A DNA stretch of 19,955 nucleotides from the NCBI GenBank assembly GCA_043732485.1, contig JAYTHP010000018.1:1-19955 (forward strand), given 5' to 3'. The DNA comes from Oligoflexia bacterium (lineage in GTDB: Bacteria; Bdellovibrionota; UBA1018). Position 1 is the first letter of the stretch, and the number at the start of each line of letters is the position of its first letter. Positions 1-8,991 of the stretch are shown in pieces. The position numbers were made by a program, and so were the translations under genes. Under the pieces are notes generated by a model. That model ran no database searches and had not been told where the DNA came from. It saw only the letters and a program-made list of their open reading frames with translations.

Positions 1-2
1 AT

Positions 3-1292
3 ACGCGCCTTAAGCTGTTTCAGGAGTTTAAGTCCAAATTCTCCAGCCTCAACAAGGCTTTACTTGAAATGAACGGCTTTCAGAAGTTTCGTGAATTGAA
101 AGCCGATCTCGGCGATGGGCAAACGATTGCGACGGTCACCTTGGATAAGGAAAAAGCGCTGCCGGGTCATTATGATATTGAAATCAATGAGTTAGCTTTG
201 CGCAGTTCAGCTATGACCAACGGTTTTGAGGATCCCGATGCCTTGGTCTTTGGTGCTGGATTTGTGTCCTTACAAATCGATCAAGACGAAGAGGTGCAAG
301 TGGCCATTGAGGAATCGTCTGCAAGCTTGCGCGGGATTGCAAGCCAGATCAATCAAAACTCGCAATCCCCGGTGCAAGCGGCTGTGATTGAGGATGCCTC
401 AGAGCCTGATGCGCCCTGGAAGTTGGTCTTTAGTGGGCGCAAGCAAGGATCAAAGGCGCAAATCGAGGCTCCTGATTTTAACTTTCAGCACCCGGACGTT
501 GAGATCTATATTGACGACACGCAAGAGGCGCGTAACGGCTCAGTGGTGATGAATGGCTTCGCCATTGAAGTGCCCAGTAACGACCTCCCTGATTTCCTCC
601 CCGGCATTAATTTGCATCTCAAACAAGCCAAGCCCGGAGCACCCTTTACGCTGACTATCTCAGAAGATATTCAAAAAGTATCAGGGAAGGTCAAGGCGCT
701 GGTGGATAATCTGAACCAAGTGCTGCAGTTTATTATCAAACAAAACACGGTGGATCGCAGTACGGATACGACCAGCACCTTTGCCGGTGACAGCACCTTG
801 CAAACCTTAGAGTTTCGCTTGCGTAATCTCTTGCATCAGGAGGTTCGAGTGGGAGGCACGGAGAGTGCTGAAGGGGGTAAGGCTAAGTCCTTTTTCGTCC
901 ATCAAATCGGCATTGAGTTTGATAAGACCGGAGCGCTGAGTTTTAAGGAAGATAAGTTTAATAAATTTGTTGATCAGAATTTTGAAACGGTGGCAGAGGC
1001 CTTGTCAGGTCCAAAAGGCTTGGTGGATCTCTTGCGCAACACGCTTGAGGCGTATACCCGCCCAGGCAATGGTATTTTAACGAACAAGGAGCGTGGGATC
1101 CATACCCGGATGGATGCGATTGATCAGCAAATTGATCAAAAAACCGGCTACTTAGATCGCAAGCGTGAGGCCTTAGTCAATCAATTTGCCAAGTTAGAAG
1201 CCACCTTAGGCAACTTACAAAAGCAACAGCAGTATCTCTCAGCGGCGCTCCCGGGGGCAGGAGGCGGTATGGTCAGTCAGTTGATGGGTTAG
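3..1292 (+). CDS. fliD: Flagellar filament cap protein FliD (5'-truncated by the window edge)
   Basis: Frame is open from base 3 (TRLKLFQEFKSKFSSLNKALLEM...), so the true start lies upstream. FliD hallmarks: PGHYDIEINELA, LPGINLHLKQ, FAGDSTLQ, IGIEFDKTGALSF, and C-terminal coiled coil LVNQFAKLEATLGNLQKQQQYL. Directly precedes fliS. Confidence 0.95.
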   Translation, partial: TRLKLFQEFKSKFSSLNKALLEMNGFQKFRELKADLGDGQTIATVTLDKEKALPGHYDIEINELALRSSAMTNGFEDPDALVFGAGFVSLQIDQDEEVQVAIEESSASLRGIASQINQNSQSPVQAAVIEDASEPDAPWKLVFSGRKQGSKAQIEAPDFNFQHPDVEIYIDDTQEARNGSVVMNGFAIEVPSNDLPDFLPGINLHLKQAKPGAPFTLTISEDIQKVSGKVKALVDNLNQVLQFIIKQNTVDRSTDTTSTFAGDSTLQTLEFRLRNLLHQEVRVGGTESAEGGKAKSFFVHQIGIEFDKTGALSFKEDKFNKFVDQNFETVAEALSGPKGLVDLLRNTLEAYTRPGNGILTNKERGIHTRMDAIDQQIDQKTGYLDRKREALVNQFAKLEATLGNLQKQQQYLSAALPGAGGGMVSQLMG

Positions 1293-1362
1293 TGGGGAGC
1301 ATTTAAGAGCAGTGAAGACCCATGAGCAAGCTGCTATGGGAAAGTAGTCATGAGGAGTCACG

Positions 1363-1809
1363 ATGTCGATCAAATCAGGGGCAAGTCAGTACCGAAACAC
1401 TTTTATCAAAACCGCCAACCGTGGTCAGCTGCTAATCCTGCTTTACGAAGGGGCCATTCAGCATCTCAAGAAGGCGATGCTCGCCATTGAAGAAGGAGAC
1501 CGTGCGAAAAAGGGAGTGCACATCGGTAAGGCACACGACATCGTCAACGAGCTTGCCATTACTCTCGACTTTGAGGTGGGGGGCGAGCTGGCGCGCAACC
1601 TTGAGGGCTTGTACAATTTCGTGATCACGCAGATGATCAAGGCTAACTCGGAAAACATCAAAGAGCCGTTGGAAGCGAGCATTAAAATCCTGCTGAATTT
1701 GCTGGAAGCTTGGCGGGTGGCGGTGGTTGAAGTCAATAAGGCTGAGGCAAAAAAAAATGAGACCAATTCCGCGGCTCACCTGGGCGGCGAAGGAAATCTG
1801 AAAACCTGA
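1363..1809 (+). CDS. fliS: Flagellin export chaperone FliS
   Basis: Motifs YR..IKTA..GQLLILLYEGAI, KAHDIVNELAITLDFEVGGELARNLEGLYNF, LLEAW. GAGGAG RBS just before the ATG; follows fliD. Confidence 0.96.
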   Translation: MSIKSGASQYRNTFIKTANRGQLLILLYEGAIQHLKKAMLAIEEGDRAKKGVHIGKAHDIVNELAITLDFEVGGELARNLEGLYNFVITQMIKANSENIKEPLEASIKILLNLLEAWRVAVVEVNKAEAKKNETNSAAHLGGEGNLKT

Positions 1810-1827
1810 TGGACCGGAAAACGGCAA

Positions 1828-2679
1828 ATGGCAAGTCACTCCACTCTTTCGTCTCCCTCTCCCTCAGGCCGCAAACGGTTGCCTGCTTTGCCACAAGCGA
1901 GGAGGGACGGGCATTTGCTTGATGCACCGCCCGCTTTATCGGCTCACGCTTGCGAGCCATCGGGCGCACCCAGTGCGCCTGGTGCGGTAATCCGCGGCAG
2001 CAGCAGCGGAGTGAACGTGCAGTGCCTAGGCCTGCTCAGGCAAAAGCTTGAGCTCTATGAAGCGTTAAGGCGGCTTAACGAGCGAGCGCTCTTGCAGGAT
2101 CAAGCGGCGGCGGGTGACCCTCAAGGGTGGCAGTCAGCGGAAAAAGGGCTGGCAGGGGCACTGCTGCAACGGACATGCACCGGCCCAGACGACGCGCAAG
2201 GGGGATTTTTTGATTGGGACGAACTGCTCACTGAGCGCGTAAGGCGGTTGGTGGAGTTACAGCGGCTGGATCGCCAGTGGGTGCTGCTTGCTCAGCAAGC
2301 AGCACAAGCGGAGTCGTGTTTGCGGGAGGATTTGCTTAAGGAGTCCCCTGAAGGGTTTGAAGGGAAGTTTGAAGCCCAGCAGGGTCGTCAAGAACTTGAC
2401 GGAGCCGCTGGTCGCTTGAGTGCATCGGAAGCGGGCCGGGCTATCAACGCAAACCCTGCGGCGGCGGTGGGGCGCGAGTGGCAGCAGGCAGTCGTGCAGC
2501 TTGAGCAGGCGATGCGAGAGCTAGCCCGTTCGGATCAGGAGTTGAGGTTACGACTGGAGCAGACCCAGCAAGGGGTGCTTGAGCAAATCCGTGCCAACAC
2601 GCGCAAAAGGCAACAGCTTTTGCGGTTTCGTAGCCGCCCGCTTGCAGACTTGGGCTGGCAGGTGGACGGCGTTTGGTAA
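1828..2679 (+). CDS. Putative FliT/FlgN-like flagellar chaperone with low-complexity insertions
   Basis: Sits immediately after fliD-fliS, the usual fliT slot. Amphipathic helices LLRQKLELYEALRRLNE, WDELLTERVRRLVELQRLD and ELARSDQELRLRLEQTQQGVLEQIR. Start uncertain (1828 ATG or 2011 GTG). Confidence 0.55.
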   Translation: MASHSTLSSPSPSGRKRLPALPQARRDGHLLDAPPALSAHACEPSGAPSAPGAVIRGSSSGVNVQCLGLLRQKLELYEALRRLNERALLQDQAAAGDPQGWQSAEKGLAGALLQRTCTGPDDAQGGFFDWDELLTERVRRLVELQRLDRQWVLLAQQAAQAESCLREDLLKESPEGFEGKFEAQQGRQELDGAAGRLSASEAGRAINANPAAAVGREWQQAVVQLEQAMRELARSDQELRLRLEQTQQGVLEQIRANTRKRQQLLRFRSRPLADLGWQVDGVW

Positions 2680-2722
2680 ACGGCGACTAAGCGCTTGCTG
2701 GAGAGAGAAAGAGAAAACGATC

Positions 2723-4147
2723 ATGAGTTCATGGGCTGAGATCTTAGAGCAAAAATTGCCGCACGGGGAGTGGGAGGTCGGCGGGGTGGAGGAAGTGGGT
2801 AGCAGTGTTCCTGCAACCCCTAGACCCCTGGTGCGGCAAGCAGGCAGCGGCATTTTTAAGTCACTCGCTACGCCGCCCGGCCGCATGCCCTCTCAAAGTC
2901 AGTCTCAAGCGCACAGTCTCGGAAAAACGCGCGTTTTGACCGCTGCTGCGCTCGGGGCGGATTTCCCGCAAAGTGCCACGCTGCAGGAGCGCCCGCAAGA
3001 GGCCTGTTTTTTAGTGCGCATGGTGAAAAAACCTCCTTCTCCTCCGATCGCTGCTTTGTCCTCAGCAAGGGGTGGTAGCGGATTGAGTGGTGCGCCTCAC
3101 GGGCATCATTCGTTGGGGGGAGCACCCCAGACGAGCGGTGTTGTCGATGTTGGCGTGGGTAGTCGTCGTGAGGTGGCAGCAGCGCTTTACTTGCCAGACG
3201 GCAAGCTGAATACTTCACTTTTAGTGCGCAGCGGTGAGCTTCTTATTGCAGAGAAAGAGTATGCTCTGGCTGCTAACATCTATCAGGGATTGCTGCGAGC
3301 AGGCGAGTGCACCGCGCTTGCTCATTTTCAGTTGGGGCGCTGTTGCGAGGCCCAGAGTTTTTGGGGTGATGCCCAAAAGCATTATGAAGAATCCATCATT
3401 TATCGACCAGCTTTTGAGGTCTTTCGTGCACTTGCGGGGATATTGGTGCGACAGAGTAAGGATCAGGCGGCGGCTTTGCTTTTAGAGCGCACGCTGGAGC
3501 TCCCCCATCTCACCGTGAGTCAGCGCTTTGAGTTGCATAAGAGTTGCGGTAATTGCTGGACCAGGCATGGTTGGGGGGATCAGGCAGCAGGAAAAGTAGA
3601 AGGTCTTTGTCAGCAATCCGGAAAAGGCCAGGCGGGTAACGGCGCTTTTCAGTCGGCGGAGCATCACTTTTTAGCAGCCTTAGCGCTTAACTCGAGTGCC
3701 GATGAGGTGCGAGCCAATCTTGGGGTGCTTTACCTGCAGTCGCAGCGACTAGTTGATGCTAAGCGTCATTTTTGTGATGCTCTAGCTTCGAATCCCAAAA
3801 ATGCGCTTGCTTTTTCTGGTTTAGGCAGTTGCAGTTTTCTAGAGAGTCAATTTCAGACGGCGCATGACTGTTTTTTTCAGTCGCTGGAGCTTGAGATCAA
3901 TAATCCGACTGCTTTACTCTACTTAGTAAAGTGTGCGTATAAATTAAAAACATATAATATTGCATCTGAGCTCTTAGAGCGTTATTCTGAAAGAGCGCTT
4001 GTGAATTGCGATTTGCTCTACTGCTTGGCTGGACTGCAGTATCATCTTGGAAAGATGGCAGAAACCAAGGAAACGGTGCTTAAGATCCTAGGAATGAATG
4101 CTAACTATACCGGAGCCATCGATCTTTTAGATCGCTTGGAGCGGTGA
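2723..4147 (+). CDS. Tetratricopeptide-repeat (TPR) protein with a disordered N-terminal region
   Basis: TPR-like repeats AHFQLGRCCEAQSFWGDAQKHYEESI, VRANLGVLYLQSQRLVDAKRHFCDALASNPKN, ALAFSGLGSCSFLESQFQTAHDCFFQSLELEINN, LLYCLAGLQYHLGK. ATG 2723 preferred over 2579 because it avoids overlap with the upstream gene. Confidence 0.85.
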   Translation: MSSWAEILEQKLPHGEWEVGGVEEVGSSVPATPRPLVRQAGSGIFKSLATPPGRMPSQSQSQAHSLGKTRVLTAAALGADFPQSATLQERPQEACFLVRMVKKPPSPPIAALSSARGGSGLSGAPHGHHSLGGAPQTSGVVDVGVGSRREVAAALYLPDGKLNTSLLVRSGELLIAEKEYALAANIYQGLLRAGECTALAHFQLGRCCEAQSFWGDAQKHYEESIIYRPAFEVFRALAGILVRQSKDQAAALLLERTLELPHLTVSQRFELHKSCGNCWTRHGWGDQAAGKVEGLCQQSGKGQAGNGAFQSAEHHFLAALALNSSADEVRANLGVLYLQSQRLVDAKRHFCDALASNPKNALAFSGLGSCSFLESQFQTAHDCFFQSLELEINNPTALLYLVKCAYKLKTYNIASELLERYSERALVNCDLLYCLAGLQYHLGKMAETKETVLKILGMNANYTGAIDLLDRLER

Positions 4148-4285
4148 GAACGGTGAGTGAGCAAATTTTTGGTTTAAGTTAGGAGAGGCAGCGTTTTCGT
4201 CGTCGATTGAGTCAGAATTTTGGGTAATTGCCTCAAAGGTAAGTCGTAAGTTGAAAAAAGGCAGTATTCTTGTCATGGAGGACAG

Positions 4286-5083
4286 ATGGTAGCCGACATT
4301 CGCTGGTTAATGGGAGAGATCGATGAAGAGCTGAGTCAGGCTACCGCCATTCCCAATGATGCAGGGGGCGGTAGGAGTCGTGGTCAGAGGAGTAGTGTCA
4401 GCGTTAATGTCACTGGTGGCATTGCTTTGGCGCCGGAAAGGGGAGAGCAAGCTCGCTCTCACTCAATAGAGCTCGACTGGCAGGGGGGGGGGGCTCAGAG
4501 TGCGGCTGCGGATGTGGCTACTCCTCAGGCTGTTTGCGAAGGGTCGTCGCTTGCGGAGCGCAAGAAAAGTTTGACTTTTTTTTATTTCCTAAAAGCCTTA
4601 CGTCAAGAATATCGCCACCAGCACCACCAACCACAGCACCAGTACCGTCATTTTGCTGACGCTGGGTCCGGTCTGTCCTCGCTCTTAGGGGGAGGAGGGG
4701 TCGACCACGTCGCAGCGGAGGCGCGCACTAGCGCGGGGCCTGAGGCGAGTTCTGGCATGAGTCTTGGTGCAGATACGGCCGCGCTTGCCCTTCCGCAGGC
4801 GGTTGATGGCTTGGTTTTTCCCGAAGTGGCAGGCGCTGGTGTCGATGTCGGTGGTGAGCTTGAGGGTGGGGCCGCTGCGCTGCCCAGCTCCTTAAGTGGG
4901 GCTGCTTGGACGAAGGCACACCAGGAGGTCCGTAATCTTGAGCAACGTGCTCAAGAACTAAGGCTTTCGGCCCAAGACGCGTCGTGTCAGGGTGAGGAAG
5001 CAGCAGACGGCGTGGGTAAGGTCTTGGTTTTTAGGCAGGCGGGGGCGAAGGTCGGGGCGGCGTCGCTGGGGAGGAAAACGTGA
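4286..5083 (+). CDS. Hypothetical protein, G/A/S-rich low complexity
   Basis: GGAGG RBS before the ATG. Stop overlaps the next gene's GTG (GTGA). Only short ordered-looking blocks (MVADIRWLMGEIDEELS; RKKSLTFFYFLKALRQEY; WTKAHQEVRNLEQRAQELR). Confidence 0.7.
   Translation: MVADIRWLMGEIDEELSQATAIPNDAGGGRSRGQRSSVSVNVTGGIALAPERGEQARSHSIELDWQGGGAQSAAADVATPQAVCEGSSLAERKKSLTFFYFLKALRQEYRHQHHQPQHQYRHFADAGSGLSSLLGGGGVDHVAAEARTSAGPEASSGMSLGADTAALALPQAVDGLVFPEVAGAGVDVGGELEGGAAALPSSLSGAAWTKAHQEVRNLEQRAQELRLSAQDASCQGEEAADGVGKVLVFRQAGAKVGAASLGRKT
4483..4493 (+). repeat. Poly-G11 homopolymer, currently in frame
   Basis: CAG GGG GGG GGG GCT read directly from the sequence. Confidence 0.9.
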
Positions 5084-7014
5084 GAGTCCAGCCGAGAAAG
5101 CTTTCAGAAGAAAAAGTCATTCGAGTTTTAGTCATCCAAATGGCGCCGCTGGCTCAAACCTTACAAAGTCTGATGGCTTTGCGGGCGGCCAAGCAGCTTT
5201 ATCCGCAGGTGGTGATTGATCTTCTGGTGAGAGATGAGTCTGCAGAGGTGGCAAGCCAAGTCCCCTGGCTGCATCAGGTGCTGACTTTTCCCTGCGAGAT
5301 GGTGCCTGAGGGCGCGCCTGAGGAGGCTGCGGCTGCAGACCCAGCGGGAGCCTTGCTAGCGCTTGAGCAGTGGGCCGATCCGTTGTTTGCTCAGCCCTGG
5401 GATTTGGCTGTGAACTGGACTTACACGGAGGCGAGCAGTTATCTGGTGAGTTTGATCCCCGCCAAGGTGAAATTAGGGTTCACGAGGCGCAGGGATGGTT
5501 CATTTTTTGCGGCTGACGGTTGGAGTCATTACATCCAAGGGGTGGTGGCTGAGCAGGTGACGCAAAACATCCATTTCACGGACATTTTAACCACGCAGTT
5601 GCTGACCTCGCTTCAGATTCATTTAGGGGCACCGCAGTCGGCAGGCCAGGTGGCAGTTACGTCGCGGGAGTTTTTTAACCTTCCGCCCTTGGTGAGCTTA
5701 AGCCCGCAGAAGCGCTGGGTCGCTATTGATTTGCTCGGGGCGGCAGATGATCCCTCGGATGCGTTGTCGGTGGTCCCCGGCCCGGCCTCATCTTCAGGCG
5801 GCTTCGTTGCTGGTAAGCTCTGGGCGCAGGTGGCTTTTTTGCTGCTCACCCGCCATCAGGGATACGGGCTCGTGTTGCTCGGTCGGGCCAGAGGGCAGGC
5901 GCGGCTTGCCGCTGAAGTGGAGTTGTTTTTTGCTGAGCTCAAGCGTTTGGGATGGGACGGCACGCAAGAGATCCAAAGCCGCGTCAGTCATCTGTCGTAC
6001 ACCGAGATGGCCAGTGCCTTGAGTGGCTGTCAATGGTTGCTCTCAGCTGATCCTGCCGCGCTCAGTCTAGGCAGCGTGCTGGGCGTGCGGGTTTTGCAAG
6101 TGGCCCGTCCTCGTGAGAACTTCTATCAAAGTGGTCCTTATGGTAATGGTCACTTGCTTGTGGTGCCACCCTACCAGAGCGGGGCTGAGAACAAGGAGCC
6201 TGAGGAAGGCGAGGAAGGCGGGCTCTACTACTCACCTTCAGTGCCAGGCAAGCTGGCTTGGGCCATCTACGGCGTATGGGCGTACGGCATTCACGAGTGG
6301 GCGCATTTTCAGCAGGTGTCGCTTGAGAAATACTTTGCCCAGACGGGTTGGAGTGAGGCGCTTGAGCAGGTGGCGGTTTACCGCGCTCGGATTCGTCATT
6401 CCAATGACGGTGGCGGGGTGGTCTATGAGTCCCTGAAAAGCCAGCCGCTCACCATGGATGAGTGGATGGGCAAAGTCATGGGGCATGTTGCTCGGGCTTG
6501 GTACTGTGGTTGGACGCCCCAGGTGGGCCAGGAATTACGACGCGCCAGCTTGCATCTGGGATTGTTGCAAGAACTGCGCGCGCTGAAGGAATCAGCGGTG
6601 GTGATGGAGAAGATTTTTAGCCAAGCCCAGCTGCTCGCACAAAAGCTTGAGCAAAAAGCTTTAAGCTTGCGCTCATCACAGGTGATGGATGTCCAAGATC
6701 AGTTGACCTTAAAGAGTCTGGCTGCCGGGCTTGCGGATCTGGAAATGCTGGTGGACCGGGTGGCTTTAGCCCAGCCACGGCTGCAAGGATTTGCAGGCAT
6801 GGCCAAGGTGTTGATGCATCACTTGCGGGCGCATCAAGTCAGTGCCGTAGCCCAGGAGTCGGCTGCCTGTTATCAGCAATTGGCGGAAGGTGTGAAATGG
6901 GTGCAAGAGTGGATTGATTTTACCTTGGCGCTAGGCAAACCTGCAGTGGTGCAAGAGCTGAAGCCCCCACTCACGCATCATCTCACCTTGCACGGAAGGG
7001 ATCTTTCGTTATGA
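5080..7014 (+). CDS. Glycosyltransferase family 9 (heptosyltransferase-fold) protein with C-terminal helical extension; catalytic motifs atypical
   Basis: GT9 N-terminal pattern RVLVIQMAPLAQTLQSLMALRAAKQLYPQVVIDLLV, WDLAVNWT, IPAKVKLGF, EMASALSGCQWLLSAD...LGSVLGVRVL, YQSGPYGNGH. GGGGAGG RBS; translationally coupled on both sides. Confidence 0.85.
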   Translation: MRVQPRKLSEEKVIRVLVIQMAPLAQTLQSLMALRAAKQLYPQVVIDLLVRDESAEVASQVPWLHQVLTFPCEMVPEGAPEEAAAADPAGALLALEQWADPLFAQPWDLAVNWTYTEASSYLVSLIPAKVKLGFTRRRDGSFFAADGWSHYIQGVVAEQVTQNIHFTDILTTQLLTSLQIHLGAPQSAGQVAVTSREFFNLPPLVSLSPQKRWVAIDLLGAADDPSDALSVVPGPASSSGGFVAGKLWAQVAFLLLTRHQGYGLVLLGRARGQARLAAEVELFFAELKRLGWDGTQEIQSRVSHLSYTEMASALSGCQWLLSADPAALSLGSVLGVRVLQVARPRENFYQSGPYGNGHLLVVPPYQSGAENKEPEEGEEGGLYYSPSVPGKLAWAIYGVWAYGIHEWAHFQQVSLEKYFAQTGWSEALEQVAVYRARIRHSNDGGGVVYESLKSQPLTMDEWMGKVMGHVARAWYCGWTPQVGQELRRASLHLGLLQELRALKESAVVMEKIFSQAQLLAQKLEQKALSLRSSQVMDVQDQLTLKSLAAGLADLEMLVDRVALAQPRLQGFAGMAKVLMHHLRAHQVSAVAQESAACYQQLAEGVKWVQEWIDFTLALGKPAVVQELKPPLTHHLTLHGRDLSL

Positions 7015-7721
7015 ACTGGATGTGCTCGGCTTCGTTTGGTGATGGCAGTTTGGGCTCAAATAGGCAGCAGCGTGCGGTTCCCCACAAGTCCCAAGCGCCC
7101 TCCGCTCCCACACCGCCCTTGCTGGAGATGGCAGGGGTCTCGTCAGGCGCCTCATCAGGCGCCAAAGCACAAGCAGGAGAAATAGCGGGTGGACTGGCAG
7201 CAGAACGCGAAGTCGAGGCAGCCGCGCTTGCGGCTTTTGCAAGTACTCCGCCTCTGAGCTTGATTGAGCAGCGAGATCCCACAACAATACCCACGCCCGA
7301 GGACTTGCCGCAAAACTCAGTCCTGCAAATTCACGGACTCACGCAAGAAGATCCTAACAAGCTTGCGCAAGAGATGCTCGCGGGCTTGGATCCCTTCCTA
7401 GCGGTGCTCTCCGACTGGGCCCTGCAGGCTGCAACCCTGCCGGATCACCCAGCGGCCTTTTTTAAGATTTTTGATCGCTTAGTCGACGGCCTGGTGGACT
7501 TTTCAGAAGTGATCGTGGAAACCTACCAGGTGCTGCAGTTTGAAAAAACCAGCGTTTTTATAGCCTTAGAAGCCGAGTTGCTGGCAACCGTGAAGCAACT
7601 GCTTGCACAATTTCAAGAGCAAGCAAGCCCAGTGGCGCTCGCAAGCCTGATGGCACCCAAGCTAGTTGATCACCTGGCGCAGTGGCGGGCGCTTCCGCTT
7701 TTTGCGCCCAAGCCACGCTGA
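7011..7721 (+). CDS. Hypothetical protein, disordered N-terminus plus helical-bundle C-terminus
   Basis: ATGA overlap with the GT9 stop. C-terminal amphipathic helices (FFKIFDRLVDGLVDFSEVI; LEAELLATVKQLLAQF; LVDHLAQWR). Last gene of the + strand run. Confidence 0.7.
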   Translation: MNWMCSASFGDGSLGSNRQQRAVPHKSQAPSAPTPPLLEMAGVSSGASSGAKAQAGEIAGGLAAEREVEAAALAAFASTPPLSLIEQRDPTTIPTPEDLPQNSVLQIHGLTQEDPNKLAQEMLAGLDPFLAVLSDWALQAATLPDHPAAFFKIFDRLVDGLVDFSEVIVETYQVLQFEKTSVFIALEAELLATVKQLLAQFQEQASPVALASLMAPKLVDHLAQWRALPLFAPKPR

Positions 7722-8991
7722 CTAACGGCTCAAGGGGGCTGAGTTTTGGGTCTGCGCGCTTTTTAAAAGCCTTGCGCATGCAAAGCGTCTTGACCCGGCC
7801 ACGTATCGTAACGCACTGCTGGAGCGTGGCGATTGCGACATAGTGGTTGTACCCCAGGATAGAAGCAATCACAAAGGTGCGGGTCGGATCTTGAAACGCA
7901 GGGTCTGGAGGCTGGGTGACGTAGTCCATGCTGTGGTCGAACGCGCCGGGAATCGCCACGAGGAAGGCAAGTTCTATAAAGGTTGCGGTTCTGACGCCTC
8001 GCCCTAAAGCCGCGCAGCTTTTTTGGCTCGCTTCGTAACTTGCAAAAGCCTACTCAGTCGGTTGAGTGGAAATCACGAACGGACGTAACGCGAGGAAAGA
8101 GCGCTCGAGCTGCTCGCGCGGAAGACGGAGAAAAATCTCGTAAATACTGACAAGTACAGCCATGGAGAACAAATGAGCCTTCACGAGATAGATCTGGCCG
8201 CGCTCGCCGCCTCCTCCTAAGTGGTAAAAATCAGGCACGTTGATGAGCAAGTCTGCGTGTAAGGCGTGCATTTCAGGATTTTCGCGGTCTGGCAGGACAG
8301 GCAAGCAAGGATTCTCGGTAGGCTTCGTGGGAGCGGCTAAGGTGATCAGCGACTGACCGCCTATTCGGCTGAGACAGTGGGTAATCTCGACATGCGGTTG
8401 TGTCAGCCTGATGCGGTAAACCAGCTCGTTTTGCAGACGGGCAATTTTTTCGCGCGCACTAAGACTGGCGTCGCTTTCCGTTCGCACAAAAGGTGCAGGC
8501 CACAGCTTGCACTCCCGTAACATGCTTTCTTCGGACGCTAAAGCAGAGCTGTCCAGTCTTGCGTCGGTTCACGCGCAATGAGCCGGCCTAATTTGTCGCA
8601 CGCCCCATAGGTGTAGGGGGCTGATTTTCCCCCCAAATCTTCTGACCGCTTCCGCCTGTGGGTTGCCGTTTCGCGACTGGCTTGAGCCCACACGTTCCAA
8701 CGTCCGCCACCTGAAAGCGCTCTGCTTCCTGATAGCCCTCCCCCGCTTTGGGGATCCGGCCGGTATGCCTGTCCCTGCGTTCCTAATAATCGCCAGAATG
8801 GCTTCTGGAGAAGCGATGGGCCGCTTGCTTGCCGGCTGCACCTGAGCCACAAGCCCTCAGGCAAAGAGCACAATAGGAGTGAGCGCAAATGTGTTGTTGG
8901 CCAGAGCAGGAGACGATATTTTGACATTGCACGGCGTTACAGCCTTCAAAGGCAGGGTCAAGTAGTCCGTGTCAATGGGGGCAGTGGTCAT
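7558..8991 (-). pseudogene. Interrupted gene for a possibly exported protein with a C-terminal C-type-lectin-fold (DUF1566-like) motif
   Basis: Listed ORFs 8569..8850, 8050..8523 and 7558..7959 share one frame that starts at ATG 8991 and is broken only by TGA 8857-8859, TGA 8569-8571 and TAG 8050-8052. Hydrophobic stretch TFALTPIVLFA*GLVAQ near the start; SYEASQKSCAALGRGVRTATFIELAFL...VKTLCMRK near the end. Confidence 0.55.

Noticed and set aside
2579..2722. Longer N-terminus for the TPR protein
   Set aside because: Overlaps the upstream gene by about 100 bp; ATG 2723 after a purine-rich spacer is more plausible.
1432..7294. Many overlapping or antisense ORFs in the flagellar operon (e.g. 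1432..1839, 2548..2886, 2868..3218, 5726..6022, 6983..7294)
   Set aside because: Shadow frames of well-supported genes; no recognisable motifs.
7760..8049. Diversity-generating retroelement target (CLec-like domain) or BrnT-like toxin
   Set aside because: No reverse transcriptase or adenine-variant template repeat was seen in the window. The BrnT WD..K...N..KHG motif is absent and there is no antitoxin partner.
7558..8991. Alternative genetic code (TGA/TAG reassignment) as an explanation for the in-frame stops
   Set aside because: Intact genes in the window end normally on TAG (fliD), TGA (fliS and others) and TAA, and IS remnants show the same kind of nonsense decay.
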